From Takakia lepidozioides (Eukaryota > Plantae > Bryophyta), in NCBI GenBank assembly GCA_030704615.1, contig CM060734.1:60202001-60266000 (forward strand): 64,000 nt of DNA, given 5' to 3'. The position numbers and the translations under genes are program-made. Each line of letters begins with the position of its first letter. The first letter of the stretch is position 1. Shown here piece by piece: positions 46,146 to 57,978 of the stretch. The notes below the pieces were generated by a model. The model did not search any database. It saw nothing but the letters and a program-made list of their open reading frames with translations, and was not told the DNA's origin.

Positions 46146-47015
46146 CGGACTGTCCAAATCGCTCATTGAATCTGCAACAAACAAATAGCTTCATCGTTAC
46201 CATTGTAACAAACCACTAGCCACATGCCATCAAACCACAACACATCAAACCACATCACCATTGTCTACTGTTGGTGGTCTACTAAATATTTATTTTTGAT
46301 TTCTTATCTTGTAGATCACATTGTAGCATTGCCATTATTGATAAGGGGAAATGGTACAAGTCATACACCTAAACTCCTTCTGAGGCCTTCATTTGTGCAA
46401 AGATGTTGAGACAACCTTTCACAATATATGGGGTATTTGCTTAGAGTTGTCTTTTAGAAGTCCCAAGTGGGTGGAGGAGATTGAGGCTTTTCAATGGAGT
46501 ACTCCAAAAGTTCCTCTGCAGCCTGGGAGTGCGGTTTTTTTTGTTATGACATACATTGAAGGTAAAATTTTATGATTGGATGAAAGGTGGTGTTCTAGAC
46601 TCGTCAGAGAAAGGGACACATTTCACACCTAAATGCTTTACAACGAAGACACCCATTCCAAACGTACTGTTTGTGTTAATTGGATTCTTGAGGGCTTCAC
46701 TATTATGGAGGACAAGGTCGTTCAACGACAATTGTTCAGAGCTTGTGAGGAGGACTTGTTTTGAATTGCACATTGTGCTATATGCCAAGATAAAAAATAA
46801 CATATATGAACTTTTATATGCTTAGTATCTAGTATATACTATCTTATATATCTTATATATACTATCTTATATATCTTATATATACTATCTAATATCGTGT
46901 GTTGTGTGCCAATGTATAGGCCGTGTATGAATAAACATAGATTTAAGTTTGTAGTAATTGCTTAATCATGGTATAATGATGAATTGTTTTTTGATATTGT
47001 CTTTATTTGACATAT
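45135..47015. repeat. ~0.8-kb direct repeat pair (45135-45947 / 46146-47015)
   Basis: Both begin …gtccaaatcgctcattga and end …ctttatttgacatatac, with near-identical interiors. Confidence 0.95.
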
Positions 47016-47639
47016 ACTATATGTAAAATGGGTCCGTTAAAGAGTGTATGCAAATGTCCATTATATGAATCTATTCTAAGGATCCACTTAGTGTGAATAT
47101 TCCGGGGTCCACCCAAAAGGGTGCATCTTATGGATCTAATGAAATGATCTATTGATTTTTGATATGTCGAACTAGTACGATTGAAATAATGAAATTGACA
47201 ATCATTTCAGTTGATGAAAATACTGTCTAATTTCATCATTCATTGAAAATACCAATTTCATCTATGGAAATTGCCAATTTGATGTAAAATTGACCATTTC
47301 ACCACAATTTCATGTGTTGAAATTTTTAACTTCAACTAGTGAAATTCTTAACTTCAATTGGTGAAATTGCCAACTTTATATGTTGAAATTAGTGAGAGGA
47401 GAAAATAATCTCTTTCAGATTAACCTCGCCATGAGGCAATATAGATGTTTTTTGTTTTTTTAATTTTTAAGGCCCTGGAAATTTATTAATAGGGAATTTT
47501 TTTAGTTTAAAGTGGAAACACCTGGGAGTGACAGCGCATAAATCAGGCCCCTTAATTGTAGTGAGCTCGCCATGAGGCGCCAAGCACAAAGCTCAAGGGA
47601 CAATGTCCAAGGGAAGGGGGAGAAGAACATACCACACCC

Positions 47640-47712
47640 AATAATGTATCCAGGATTTGAACCCAAAATCACCTGGGTGGCACTCAATCAAATTGACCTA
47701 GTGACTGGTGGC
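47640..47712 (-). repeat. tRNA-derived SINE-like head (degenerate A box and B box)
   Basis: Minus strand taggtcaatttg…gggttcaaatcct resembles Pol III A and B boxes; no full cloverleaf. Similar B-box fragments at ~38370-38398 and ~49185-49212. Confidence 0.4.
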
Positions 47713-47759
47713 ATTTGAAGTTTTCCTCCCTAACTAATAAAATAGCCTCTCATTTTTTA

Positions 47760-48434
47760 GTAATAGGGTCATGAATGCACGGGCGGGCCCTGCCAGTACT
47801 ACCCTTGGGGTGAGAGCTTATAAGCCCACCGTCCATTCACCGAGTCGGCGAGATTCTGAAATTTTTTGAAGTCCTTGTTCATCTACCGTGGCGGACCTTC
47901 TAACGGACTGGGCAGACCCTCCAACAGACGGACTCCAACCTTCTAGCGGATAGGTAGGCAAACCCTCGAGTGATGAGCAGATTGGCATCTCTACCGAGCA
48001 TACCCCTCCAGCACACCGGTAGACCCCTCCAGCACACCGGTAGACCCTTCGACAAAATATATATTTAATAACACACATTACTACCACGGTACAACCTAAT
48101 GAGATTTGGACACCGTACCTCATGTTTATCTTTTATTGCTCTTAACCACTGCACTACCTACGGCTTTCTACAAAGCCATGCAATAACTAATGCTTTATGT
48201 GCATATTGTGGGCCCCAACAGACTAGCTCATGTGTTTTGTGGGCCCTGCTCATGTGTTTTGTGGGCCCTAGCAGACCAGCTTGCCATGAAGACCAAACAG
48301 TAGACTGGCTTGCCGGGAAGACCCATACCGGCGGGATCCGGGTAGGGCGCTCCCACCCTCGGCGACCCCTCTACCAGACACGCCCCGCCGCAGCCACACG
48401 CGCGAGCATTCATGAATCTGAATGCCCCTATTAT
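47760..48434. mobile_element. Possible non-autonomous TIR element
   Basis: Ends taatagggtcatgaatgc and gcattcatga…cccctatta are imperfect inverted repeats; internal 21-bp tandem duplication at ~48002-48046; no clear TSD. Confidence 0.35.
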
Positions 48435-48971
48435 TGTTAAATGAGAAGCAATAAAATGTTAGCCCTTCTCTAAATGTTTTGTTTTTCTTTTATTTTTTTT
48501 CTACTTGGGTAGCTGGAGGAGGGTTGGCTATTGCTTAGGAAACGTTGGGATTTCACATACACATGCCTCCCACTATCTCCACAGAGGTAGTCAGATTGTA
48601 AAGCTCACTTTTCTATTCCCAGATTATGCATCCCTCCTCTACAGGTAATGAGTATAAAAAAGGATTGTTGCTCATAGAGCTAGCCTGGCCTGAAGTGGGG
48701 GATCTTACTGCAGAGCACACCACTGCAATCTCCAATGGCTGAGGAGAACACAACATCACCACTTTACATCCAAATCTCAACCACATTCATATACACGGTA
48801 TTAACAAACCAAAATCACACCGGGAAGGGGCCAGGCCCCATCCCCCCATCGATTATATAGGTAGATCATATTAATCTAAACATCCAAGTTGTCTGTCCAC
48901 ACTGCCTCCACCGATTGCAAGATTCCCCCCAACACACATCAGGGTAGTAGCTGGGTGATTGGGTTACTGTT

Positions 48972-49004
<33 letters not shown>
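48972..49004. repeat. (GA)n microsatellite
   Basis: Directly visible. Confidence 0.95.
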
Positions 49005-49080
49005 TAAGGCCAGCATAGCTAAGAGCCACTTCGCCACACGCTAATATTAGATGGCCGACTAACATGCCTCAATTAATATT

Positions 49081-49318
49081 TAATATTTGACGCCTTCCAA
49101 AGGGGGCATAAATTATGGTGTCTCTTCATCCCCAAGGGTTACTGCCTTCCCCGCTAGAAAGGTGGACACCTTTGTGACACCAAGGGTGGATTGAACCCAC
49201 AACCACTTCTGAGGTGGTATCTGCCCATTATGAGTGGGCTACAACCTTCGGAAGGCAGTAACCCTTGGGGTCAAGGGACACCATAATTTATGCTTCCTTC
49301 CGGAGGCATCAAATATTA
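49081..49318. mobile_element. Hairpin/MITE-like element with ~70-bp inverted arms
   Basis: taatatttgacgcc…gcataaattatggtgtc…ccccaagggttactgccttcc versus ggaaggcagtaacccttgggg…gacaccataatttatgc…ggcatcaaatatta. Confidence 0.75.
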
Positions 49319-49760
49319 CCGTCCCTTATCAACAGTTTAGGTGATAATTAATTCAAATTGAAAGTGCCTAACTTATTTTGGGATTTTTTTCAAAATTTGG
49401 CCTAATTGCACAGAAACCAGTGTTTTTTTTCTGGAATTTGAAAAAAAGCGCGAGTGGCTACAGAGTTTGGCAAAAAATAGCCATACATTCTGTTCATCCA
49501 TTGAAATTAGGTCATAATCATCCATGTCCGTACATAAATCCATTTATATCATCCATATTTGGCAAATTCATCCATAATTTATTTTTCATTTGGAGAAATT
49601 TGACTATTTCATCCATGAAAAAACAGGGAATTTGCAACAGAATATTTCATAGCATGAAGATGCCTAATGTGAGAAATGGTTTGAGAAACGTGCGTAGCCG
49701 ACTCATTTGGTTTTTAATAATTAATAGGCGCAAAAATGCCTAAATGGTTGTAAGGGACGG
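49319..49760. mobile_element. Tc1/mariner-type MITE (442 bp) with TA target-site duplication
   Basis: TA|ccgtcccttatcaacagtttagg … cctaaatggttgtaagggacgg|TA; AT-rich non-coding interior. Confidence 0.8.
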
Positions 49761-52700
49761 TATTATGCAAGTCTATAGAACTCAGCATAGTCCTAGTTAT
49801 AAATAAAAAGGCGGCAGGAGGTTCAGATTTTGCAGATTTTTGTGAAAGAAGCTCTAGGCACTTGGGGGTTAATGAGGATCAGCCTAGCAGTGGATATACC
49901 GTATACTCGGATGGATATACCGGGAGAGCCTACCAGGGTAAAACATATACAAACCCTCAAGTCCAAAGAAAAAGTGGAGGCATGGGCAACCTTACTTTCT
50001 GTTGTGCCCCCATTTATAACTCAATGATGCCGAGGTACACAAGAGATGACAAAATGTTGGGGACCCATCAGTCGGCGGTTTGGGTAGCCCAGTGGGCGAG
50101 CCTATAATGCAGGAAAGTGTTGACCTGCTGTCTGTTTGGTGGCCCACCACTGCGCCTTCTCTTGGATTCCTTGCGCAATCTTTGAGCAAACCCCATGACA
50201 ATTCTATCACTCTGTGACCCACGTGTTGAAGGGTGGTGAAGGTTCTGGACACTAGTCCACCTTCCAAGAGGAAGGCAGTAGCCATGGATGTCGAAGTGAC
50301 TCTTCTCTCCTCTTATGGACTTCAAATGATCTCTTGGGGTGCCACATTTCCATTTGCAACTTGCACCTTGTCATGTCTGTATCTTGGGAAACATACTTGT
50401 GAACATCTTCCTAGAGCAATCTGGCGACTTTAATGTGATGTCCTTGAAGAGTGACGTGAATGTTATCGCCTTGAACTTGAACTGCTACTTTACAAAGTTC
50501 CTCCGCACCTTTCAAGGTATCAGCTTGCTATCAGCTTAAGGTCGTCAAATTCAAGTTACGTTAAGCAAGTTTGAGCCTGGTAGAACGTTAATCACACGAC
50601 AGTTTCTTTCTTGCACGCAGCACCATTGACAGCTGATCAAGTACTCCTGGAGAGGAGCGCCGCAGAAAACACCCTTGATCCGTACCTTGCATGTAAGTGG
50701 TGCTGCGGACGAGCTCACCTTTTGCCCGGGAACTCCTTGATCATCCCGGCTCTCTCGATTATGGAGTCAATTTGATTGACTCGGGCAAGCAAAGTGACCA
50801 GTAATGGGTATGGGAAAATGATAACGTACGTATTCATTATATATAAGAAGCTAGGTGCGGATCACAGCAACATGTGGAATTTAACTCCAAATCATCAGTC
50901 GTTTTCGAAGTTAGCGAGATCAAAGCCCACAATGCCAGTGGAGAGACATATATGAGCTTTATGAAGTGTGCAGATCATACATACAGTGATGATCTACCTA
51001 TCCAACCCCTATCCAAACCAGACTAATCTACCGAGCTACAATATGATATCAAGGTTAAGTGGTTATTTGTAGTTGAACCGGGACTCAACCGTGCTCAAGT
51101 TTCTCTCGCTGTATATGGAGATGTAAGCACTAGTTAAGTTTGTGAGGAAGTTATGTTTAGATTTACAAGATACAGCTTTCATATGTGTAGACCGGTGTTT
51201 TATCTCGGTTGTATGAATCTGTTTGAACAGATCAATTCAAATAAGTTATTCACTACAAGATTCGAGATGACTAAACTGAATAGTACCGGACTGTAAGGAT
51301 CAAACCCATCGTATTATTCATCATGTGTATGGAAAGAAGTTTCCAAAACCTTGCCATAGGCTTATTCTAACAGATCAGCCAGGCTTCTCACGAAGTTTTC
51401 AAAATCTTGCCAACCTACAGCTTCTCTCCAGCCTCTGACAAATCGCGTCAAAGGGAGAAAGTTCAAGATTTCGCTGCATGATTGTGGTCTCCTCTTTAAG
51501 TTAATACTTCCTTCCTACCAATCAGAATGTTTTGCACACTGATTTGCTTTGGACACACAAGGGTCTACAGATCAGTCTCAAAGTAGAAAGTGTAGTGGTC
51601 AGGACAGCTGACTGGACCAGCAGAGATAAGCCCAGTAGTTAGGGTATGTCAAATTGATGTACATACATACTGATCATCATGTGAATATGCCAGTTGCATG
51701 GTCAACCCAAATTCCTTGTCCATCATTTGGGCAGCTATTCCGGCTCTCGTAGAAATTAACTGCCCCAATCATAAGAAGAAGAAGAGAAGGAATAATAAGG
51801 AAGAAAACAGTGGCATTGAACCATCCTAGGTAACTTATTTTAATATTAATAGTTAATTATAAACATTCACGAATTTTTTAGTAGTGAGCAAAGTTTTTTT
51901 CCAACCCCTTTTGCTCTTTCTAAGAAAAACTGTAGACCTACAAGGGCCGCTGTGTTCGTGGGCGGGTGGGTTGGTGAAAAGCTTCTGTATGGAACAGATC
52001 ATGTAGAGGGCAACTGATCGATGGATTACTTGTCGTTGCTTAGAACAATGTCAGGTGCGGTTTTAATGCTTGGCTTCACAGAACTCTTTGGGCTGTTGAT
52101 GCGGGCGGATGGAATTCGTATTTCCACTTTTAAGTCAATTCACAGTACTCTAGTTTACAATGACCTGCTTTCGAGACTTTGAGGAAAAGAAGTGTAGTAT
52201 CCTCGTCATACTATAGCTCCGTCTCCGATTCAAGTTTCTTGTAGATGTTGCACTGTCTGCAGTACTGGGCCTTTGGACCTCCGGTAGACGCACATTTGTT
52301 AGCGATAATGTTTCTTCTAGGCCAGGAGAGGAAGTCATGATCGCCACCTAGCAGTACTTGTACAGATCTGTTTGTACAATTGATTCATGCTTTTCTCATA
52401 TTCTTCAAGGCACGTACTATAACGTGTGGGGACTGTGTGCAAGCTGCAGCAGCTACTTCAAATTAACCCACTTGTGCTTGTCTCTTTCTAACAAGATCAG
52501 CAGGCCAAGTTCGCCTGGCTTATGGAAACATTCGAGAGTCACCATTCCTCGTCATGTACCTGGCCTGGCCCATAATCAGAGAGTTCCCAATCTTTGATTT
52601 CTCTCAGGATTCAGTTGACATGTATGCATGATAAAGTCTCAGGTCCATTGTCTTCCCTGCTTCAAAACTAGTCACTTTCTTATCCAACACGATTTCTGTG

Positions 52701-54813
52701 TACAGCGGTTCACTTCAACTAGCTAGCCCACCCGAATATTTACACAGCACTGAGTTCGCTAAATGATGAGTATCCACTATAAGTTATATATGAACCTGCT
52801 GGAGCTGCTCTGCTTCGGGTGAATTCCAGAAGTACAAGAACCTCGACATGAACTAGCTGATGATAGGTAGCTCAAACCCAGCTGATCCTAAAGTGCGTCC
52901 ATATGTGCACTGGGAGGTTGATCCAGTCTAGTTTTTGGCAAGTATGCAGAATGAATGAGGCCCCAGCTACCATCTCAAGAAGGATCCACGTATATATGTT
53001 AAACAATCAACCTATTTGAATCATTCTAATATCTTTCACTTGCTTTACGAAGTAAAAAGCAGTAGCGCACGGACTAAGATGATCAGTAGTTGGGGCTCGG
53101 AGGCGCCCACATGCGATGGATGCTCCGTGGACGCCATGCAATAGTGAAGCTTCTCTAAAAGTCAGGACCCGAGTTCTTAGTTACCTACCAGGCCACAAAG
53201 ATTGTACACAAAGGGAACAGCAAGCTCTGAAGAGATCCGCAACCAGAGAAAGTTCGAGCCATATAATTAGTCATGTAGACGACACTAGTGACAAGGACTA
53301 ATCAGTCACGACGGTTACAATCATTTCTATCCCTTGGAGACCTGCTACAAATGATGACCTGCATTCATGAGGAATCTCGCACACATCATGATTAGATGTA
53401 ATACTATGGCGAGCTATCCTCCCTCTGAGTCACGATCGGCCCTACTACATCCATTTAATGGGCTGTGGAGGAATATACTGTGACATGCTGATCTACTAAT
53501 GTCTACCTAGGTTCGGGGCTGTCAGCGTTGCAGATTTGACTGTCAGATTCCCCTCTATCCTGCCTAGCTTGCCTGTCGAAGACCTAAGATTTTCGATGCA
53601 AATAGAGAAAACATGGTATGTGGAATATTCTGGCATAGAGACCTTCATCCATGTGGAGGATGATGATGTGTCCCTGGAGTGCTAAATGATGAGCATCTTG
53701 TCATCTTCTGGTTTACACATTCTGTAGACCACAACTGTCCGAGATTTGATGTGTCATTCTACCAGAATTTTTAGTGTGCAGAGCACCAAATCGATCACGT
53801 TTCCCACAAAGAAAGACAGAAGAAGAACAGAAGAGTGATGTCAGAGGAAGGGTCGGACAAACTAATTTGATCTATCCATGTTAAGCTCGCCTGTCATCGA
53901 TCTGCATCACTAATCTGGGTACTTACCTACATCTACACCCATATGAAAATGGCGATCCACTAGATGGGCCCCAGGAGCCTCACATGATGGGCCCATGCAG
54001 GACCTCATATGAATCACTCATATTAGTCACCCGCACTCATTCGAAGGCAAAAACAAGTCAAGAACTCGGTGCGGTGGGCCTAGTACGTGAATGATCACCG
54101 GAAAGAACTCACCGCTGATTGTTTTGCATAAGTGATTGTTGAATGAGTGTTTTCTCTTCATGAGTGATTGTTGGCCAACTGTGCAGTCGCCCACCCTTAT
54201 CATATGTGCAATGCAAGCCGGGCTCCTTCTCCATTTTCCTCCTCACCTGCTCAAGACTCGCTCAAGACTAGCTGCAGCGCTTCCGTCTTTGTCAGGCGCT
54301 GGGCTGAACACTGTTGCAGACCTGGGCTTCTTAATTACGTTGAGTTTCTGGGTACTGACAAGGGACTGAGCACCGTTGCAGTGAGAATTAACAAATTCAA
54401 TCATGTCAAGCTGCTGGGCAATGACAAGTAGCAGTTCTTGGAATCTTGATCAGTCCTTTGTCATTGTTTACCAGGGACTTGTGGCAGCTTGAGTTGCGAT
54501 TCCAAGTGTCCTCCTCAGCCTTCTCCTTTCCCTTTTGTCTCTCTCAACACTTTATCGTGCTTGTAGGTGGTTGTCCTCTTTGTTCCGAATCTTGGCGCAC
54601 TTCTTGACCCGCAACCGGTAGTACATGCTCAAATTTCTATTCGCACAGTTCGTATAATCCATGGAGCCCTGCAGGGCTTCCTTGTTACGCTCAATATATC
54701 TTCAGCTACGTGACCTTTAGATAATCTGGTAAGCCCCAGGTTGTTTGGAAATAGTATTGGGGCCATCGCTCTCTGCATTGAAGAATTGACCGCTGCGGGC
54801 TGCTAAGACGACA

Positions 54814-57042
54814 ATGGAGTCAAGCGGACAAAACGGTACTGAAGATGGTCCTCTGAAGGAACGGTCTCAAGAGCCGAAACAATGGCGTGATGGAATTATG
54901 TTTATGGATGTGGAGGGCAAGACCAAGGCAACAGCTGCGCAGGGAGGGGAGCAAGCTCCAGTATGTGATGAGCTTCAGGACACACTGCAGTCTAATATTG
55001 CAGACGCAAGACGAAGTGTAGGTGGGGGAGTCAATATTGTGCAGCAACAGAGTAGAAAAGATAAGGAAGAAAGAAAGCACGCACTGAAGATCTCTCCTGC
55101 TGGCAGGAAGCGAGGTTCTACAGAGGAGGACTTTATTCTGATACCAGAAGAAATTGTTGGGAAAGAGAATGTGGAAGTGCAAACGAGTTTGGAGTTCAGA
55201 GGTCCTAACGAAATGGCAGAGAGGCAGGGTGAACGGGGATTTAAGGTAGAGAAGGGAAGGTCTATTGATAACTCTGCTAGAGACCGTGTATGGAATCTTG
55301 AAGCAGAAAAGGGAAGATTGCACAAGGACCTGTCAAATATGACTTTGAAGGAGACAATTTTGAGGGAGAGAGTGAAGGAGTTCGAGTTGGAAATGGAAGG
55401 GCATAGAAAGAGGGCTGAGAAAGCAGATACGTTAATCTTAGAGCTCCAGCAATCTGCTGCACACAGTTCCTACCAAGCCAGGCAAGTGGAGGCTGATTTG
55501 GACGCAGTCCAAAAGGTCTGTTTGCATAAGGATGAAGAGAGAAAGGACCTGCAAAATCTGGTGGCCAGGTTGCAAAAGCTTTGCATGGACCATGAGAAAA
55601 GTATACACGGTCTTCGCCAGGGGCTGAAGAATGGCATGGACAGAAACAAGGAAGAGAGAATGAGTCAGCTCCAAAGAGAGCTGCACAGGTTGTGCGGTGT
55701 GGAGGTTGCTTTGCGGAGCGAGCTTGAAGCTTTAAGAGCAGAGAACGATGCACTGCGTTGGGGACAAAGGACTCTGTTGGAGAGACTACGAAACGGGAAG
55801 AGGGACAATGCGGCCTGCATGAAGATGTTAGACCAGCAGCTGCGGGCTGACCATTACAAAGGAATTGCTCAGGCTGCCGAGCTGCGAGACGAAAATAGCT
55901 CGCTCTGTGAGAAATTGCGGTTTGCGATGCGAGAGAGGCAGAGCATGAAAGCGGCTCTCATAGCTTCCGAAGAAGAATTGGCAGAATTGCTGGAGGAGAA
56001 TGAAGGCCTCCAACGGGAGCTTGCAGAAGGACTAAGTATTCTGGAAGCCAAGGACAGAGACGTCCATGACCTCGAACATAATGTAGAAGCACTTACAACC
56101 AGCAACCAGATGTTGCGAGCTGCCCTGTCACTTCGGGAAAAGACCGTTGTTGCATGTGGCATGGCAGTGAAGGAAAGGGAGAAGGAAGTTCGGGAAGCTC
56201 AGCATACAGAATCTAAGATGAGGGGGACTCTAGAGGTAAACCTCATGAATGGACGCGCTGAAGTACTGACAAATAAGCTCCTGGAGCCCGATGCTCAGCT
56301 GGTGGAACCTATGGCACAGAGCTTCCAAAAAGATGACGTGATTCCTGGCTTGGAACAAATCCTTGGAGATTTGGCCAGGGCTGTCGAATCACAGAACTCC
56401 TGCGTTGTGCGCCTCTCTGTTCAGAATGAGGAGCTTGCCAAGGTATCTCAATCACAGATGAAGCAGATTGAGGATCTCCAGGCAGAGATTGCCACTGCTG
56501 TTCGGTGCAAGGACAAGGCAGAGAGCGAAATTGAAATATTACAAGCGAGGGTCGAGGAGTGGGAGCAAGAGGTGGAAGAACAAAACTTGCACTGTGAGAT
56601 GTTAGGTGAGACAGTGGTGACGATGGAGGCAGATCTGAAACAGTGCTATGCGCAAGTAACCTTGATGCTTCGTAGTCACGAACAGATTAAAGTAGAAAGA
56701 AAGCAATTGCAGTGCTCACTTGATGATGCTTCCCTTCGAGTAGCTGAGCTTGAGGAGCAGCTGCGTGAAAAGAAAGAAGCTATGGAATCGCTAGAGGCCA
56801 ACTTAGAGGACCTCACGCAGGAGGTGGAAAAGGGGAGGGAAGAGCTTAGTCGCGTTTCGCAACAGAGAGATGAGATGCAGAGGGAGGCTGATTCTATGGG
56901 CCGGGAAGCCCTTCACACGAGTTTACAGGTGGAGCTCTTGCGGCGGCGAGTGCACGAGCTTGATGAAGAAGTTCTGGTCAAAGATGGCCAGATTGCCATT
57001 CTTCGCAGCAGCTTGGAAGGGGGTGAGGGAAGCCTTGTTTAG
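54814..57042 (+). CDS. Long coiled-coil protein (742 aa), resembling the plant At2g39300/At3g55060 family; single large exon
   Basis: Uninterrupted E/L/K/R-rich heptad ORF. EKSIHGLRQGL…LQRELHRLCGVEVALRSE…LLERL and C-terminal LDEEVLVKDGQIAILR match that family from memory. Confidence 0.85.
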   Translation: MESSGQNGTEDGPLKERSQEPKQWRDGIMFMDVEGKTKATAAQGGEQAPVCDELQDTLQSNIADARRSVGGGVNIVQQQSRKDKEERKHALKISPAGRKRGSTEEDFILIPEEIVGKENVEVQTSLEFRGPNEMAERQGERGFKVEKGRSIDNSARDRVWNLEAEKGRLHKDLSNMTLKETILRERVKEFELEMEGHRKRAEKADTLILELQQSAAHSSYQARQVEADLDAVQKVCLHKDEERKDLQNLVARLQKLCMDHEKSIHGLRQGLKNGMDRNKEERMSQLQRELHRLCGVEVALRSELEALRAENDALRWGQRTLLERLRNGKRDNAACMKMLDQQLRADHYKGIAQAAELRDENSSLCEKLRFAMRERQSMKAALIASEEELAELLEENEGLQRELAEGLSILEAKDRDVHDLEHNVEALTTSNQMLRAALSLREKTVVACGMAVKEREKEVREAQHTESKMRGTLEVNLMNGRAEVLTNKLLEPDAQLVEPMAQSFQKDDVIPGLEQILGDLARAVESQNSCVVRLSVQNEELAKVSQSQMKQIEDLQAEIATAVRCKDKAESEIEILQARVEEWEQEVEEQNLHCEMLGETVVTMEADLKQCYAQVTLMLRSHEQIKVERKQLQCSLDDASLRVAELEEQLREKKEAMESLEANLEDLTQEVEKGREELSRVSQQRDEMQREADSMGREALHTSLQVELLRRRVHELDEEVLVKDGQIAILRSSLEGGEGSLV

Positions 57043-57978
57043 TGGTAAGAGCTGTATACGAGGATGAGCCGCTCGGACGTCAAGACGTCCAACTACCACT
57101 AGATAACAAGAATGGTGAAGATTTGGTGAATGGTGAAGCTGTCTTGAAAACTCGATTTAAAGCATATCATTCAATATGCTCTCTAACGCAAGTGATGCAG
57201 ATCGACGAAGATGTGCTGCTCAGAAGTGGCCAATGTAATATATGGCCGATAAGCCTCTGGAATACTACAGGCCCTCTCGAGTCCCATCTAAAGAGTTCAA
57301 TGTAACTTACAGCTCAGAGTTATAGAATCATGCGGCTAGTGAAAAAAGGGCATGGAAACAGGACGTTGAGCTCTTCTTTTCGCACAAGTCCTGCAGCTCA
57401 ATGCGCATGTGCTTGGATGGCAGATCTCAGTATACTCCAACTAGGCAATTCGACGGCTCTGCCAAGATAAGGTGGTGCACGCAGCAGAAAGAAACAGAAA
57501 CCCTATGTGAGATGTACGCAGCGGTGGAATAATCTAAAACCATCCTGCACAGATCCTTTCCACTCTCAGTGCTCCATTGTCTCGAGAAGGGTGAATGTCG
57601 TTGTTACAATGGACAAATGTTCAAAGAGGCAAATCCTCTTTAATCCTTACTTTCCTTGTCTGTTACCAGTTCTCTTCCAGCTGCAAAGTGCCACAATGTA
57701 AGCAAACCTTGCTGATAGTTCTAACAGAGACACCTAAAAGCTCTGGTAAGCTTAGCCGAATCACAAAGATGTCTCCCTATGTGTGAGGAAAGTTAAGGAA
57801 ATCTATGGTTGGTGTGACAAGTTTTCCCCCTTCTCCTTACACATCTGTCATGTCGACTTGGTGCAAATGTGATATGGAGACTTAGGCAACTGAAGCTTCA
57901 GGAATGGAATTAAGGGGTCCACCCTCAAAACACGCATCCATGAGACTAAGAGGGGGAGAGAATAAATTGCTCTATGAA

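Noticed and set aside
47817-47905. Possible snRNA (TATA-like motif, Sm-like AATTTTTTG, 3' stem)
   Set aside because: No resemblance to the 5' sequences of U1, U2, U4, U5, U11, U12 or U4atac as I recall them, and it lies within a probable TIR element. An Rfam scan would settle it.
49830-50780. Coding-like stretches on both strands
   Set aside because: Multiple stops and no recognisable motif; cannot support a call.
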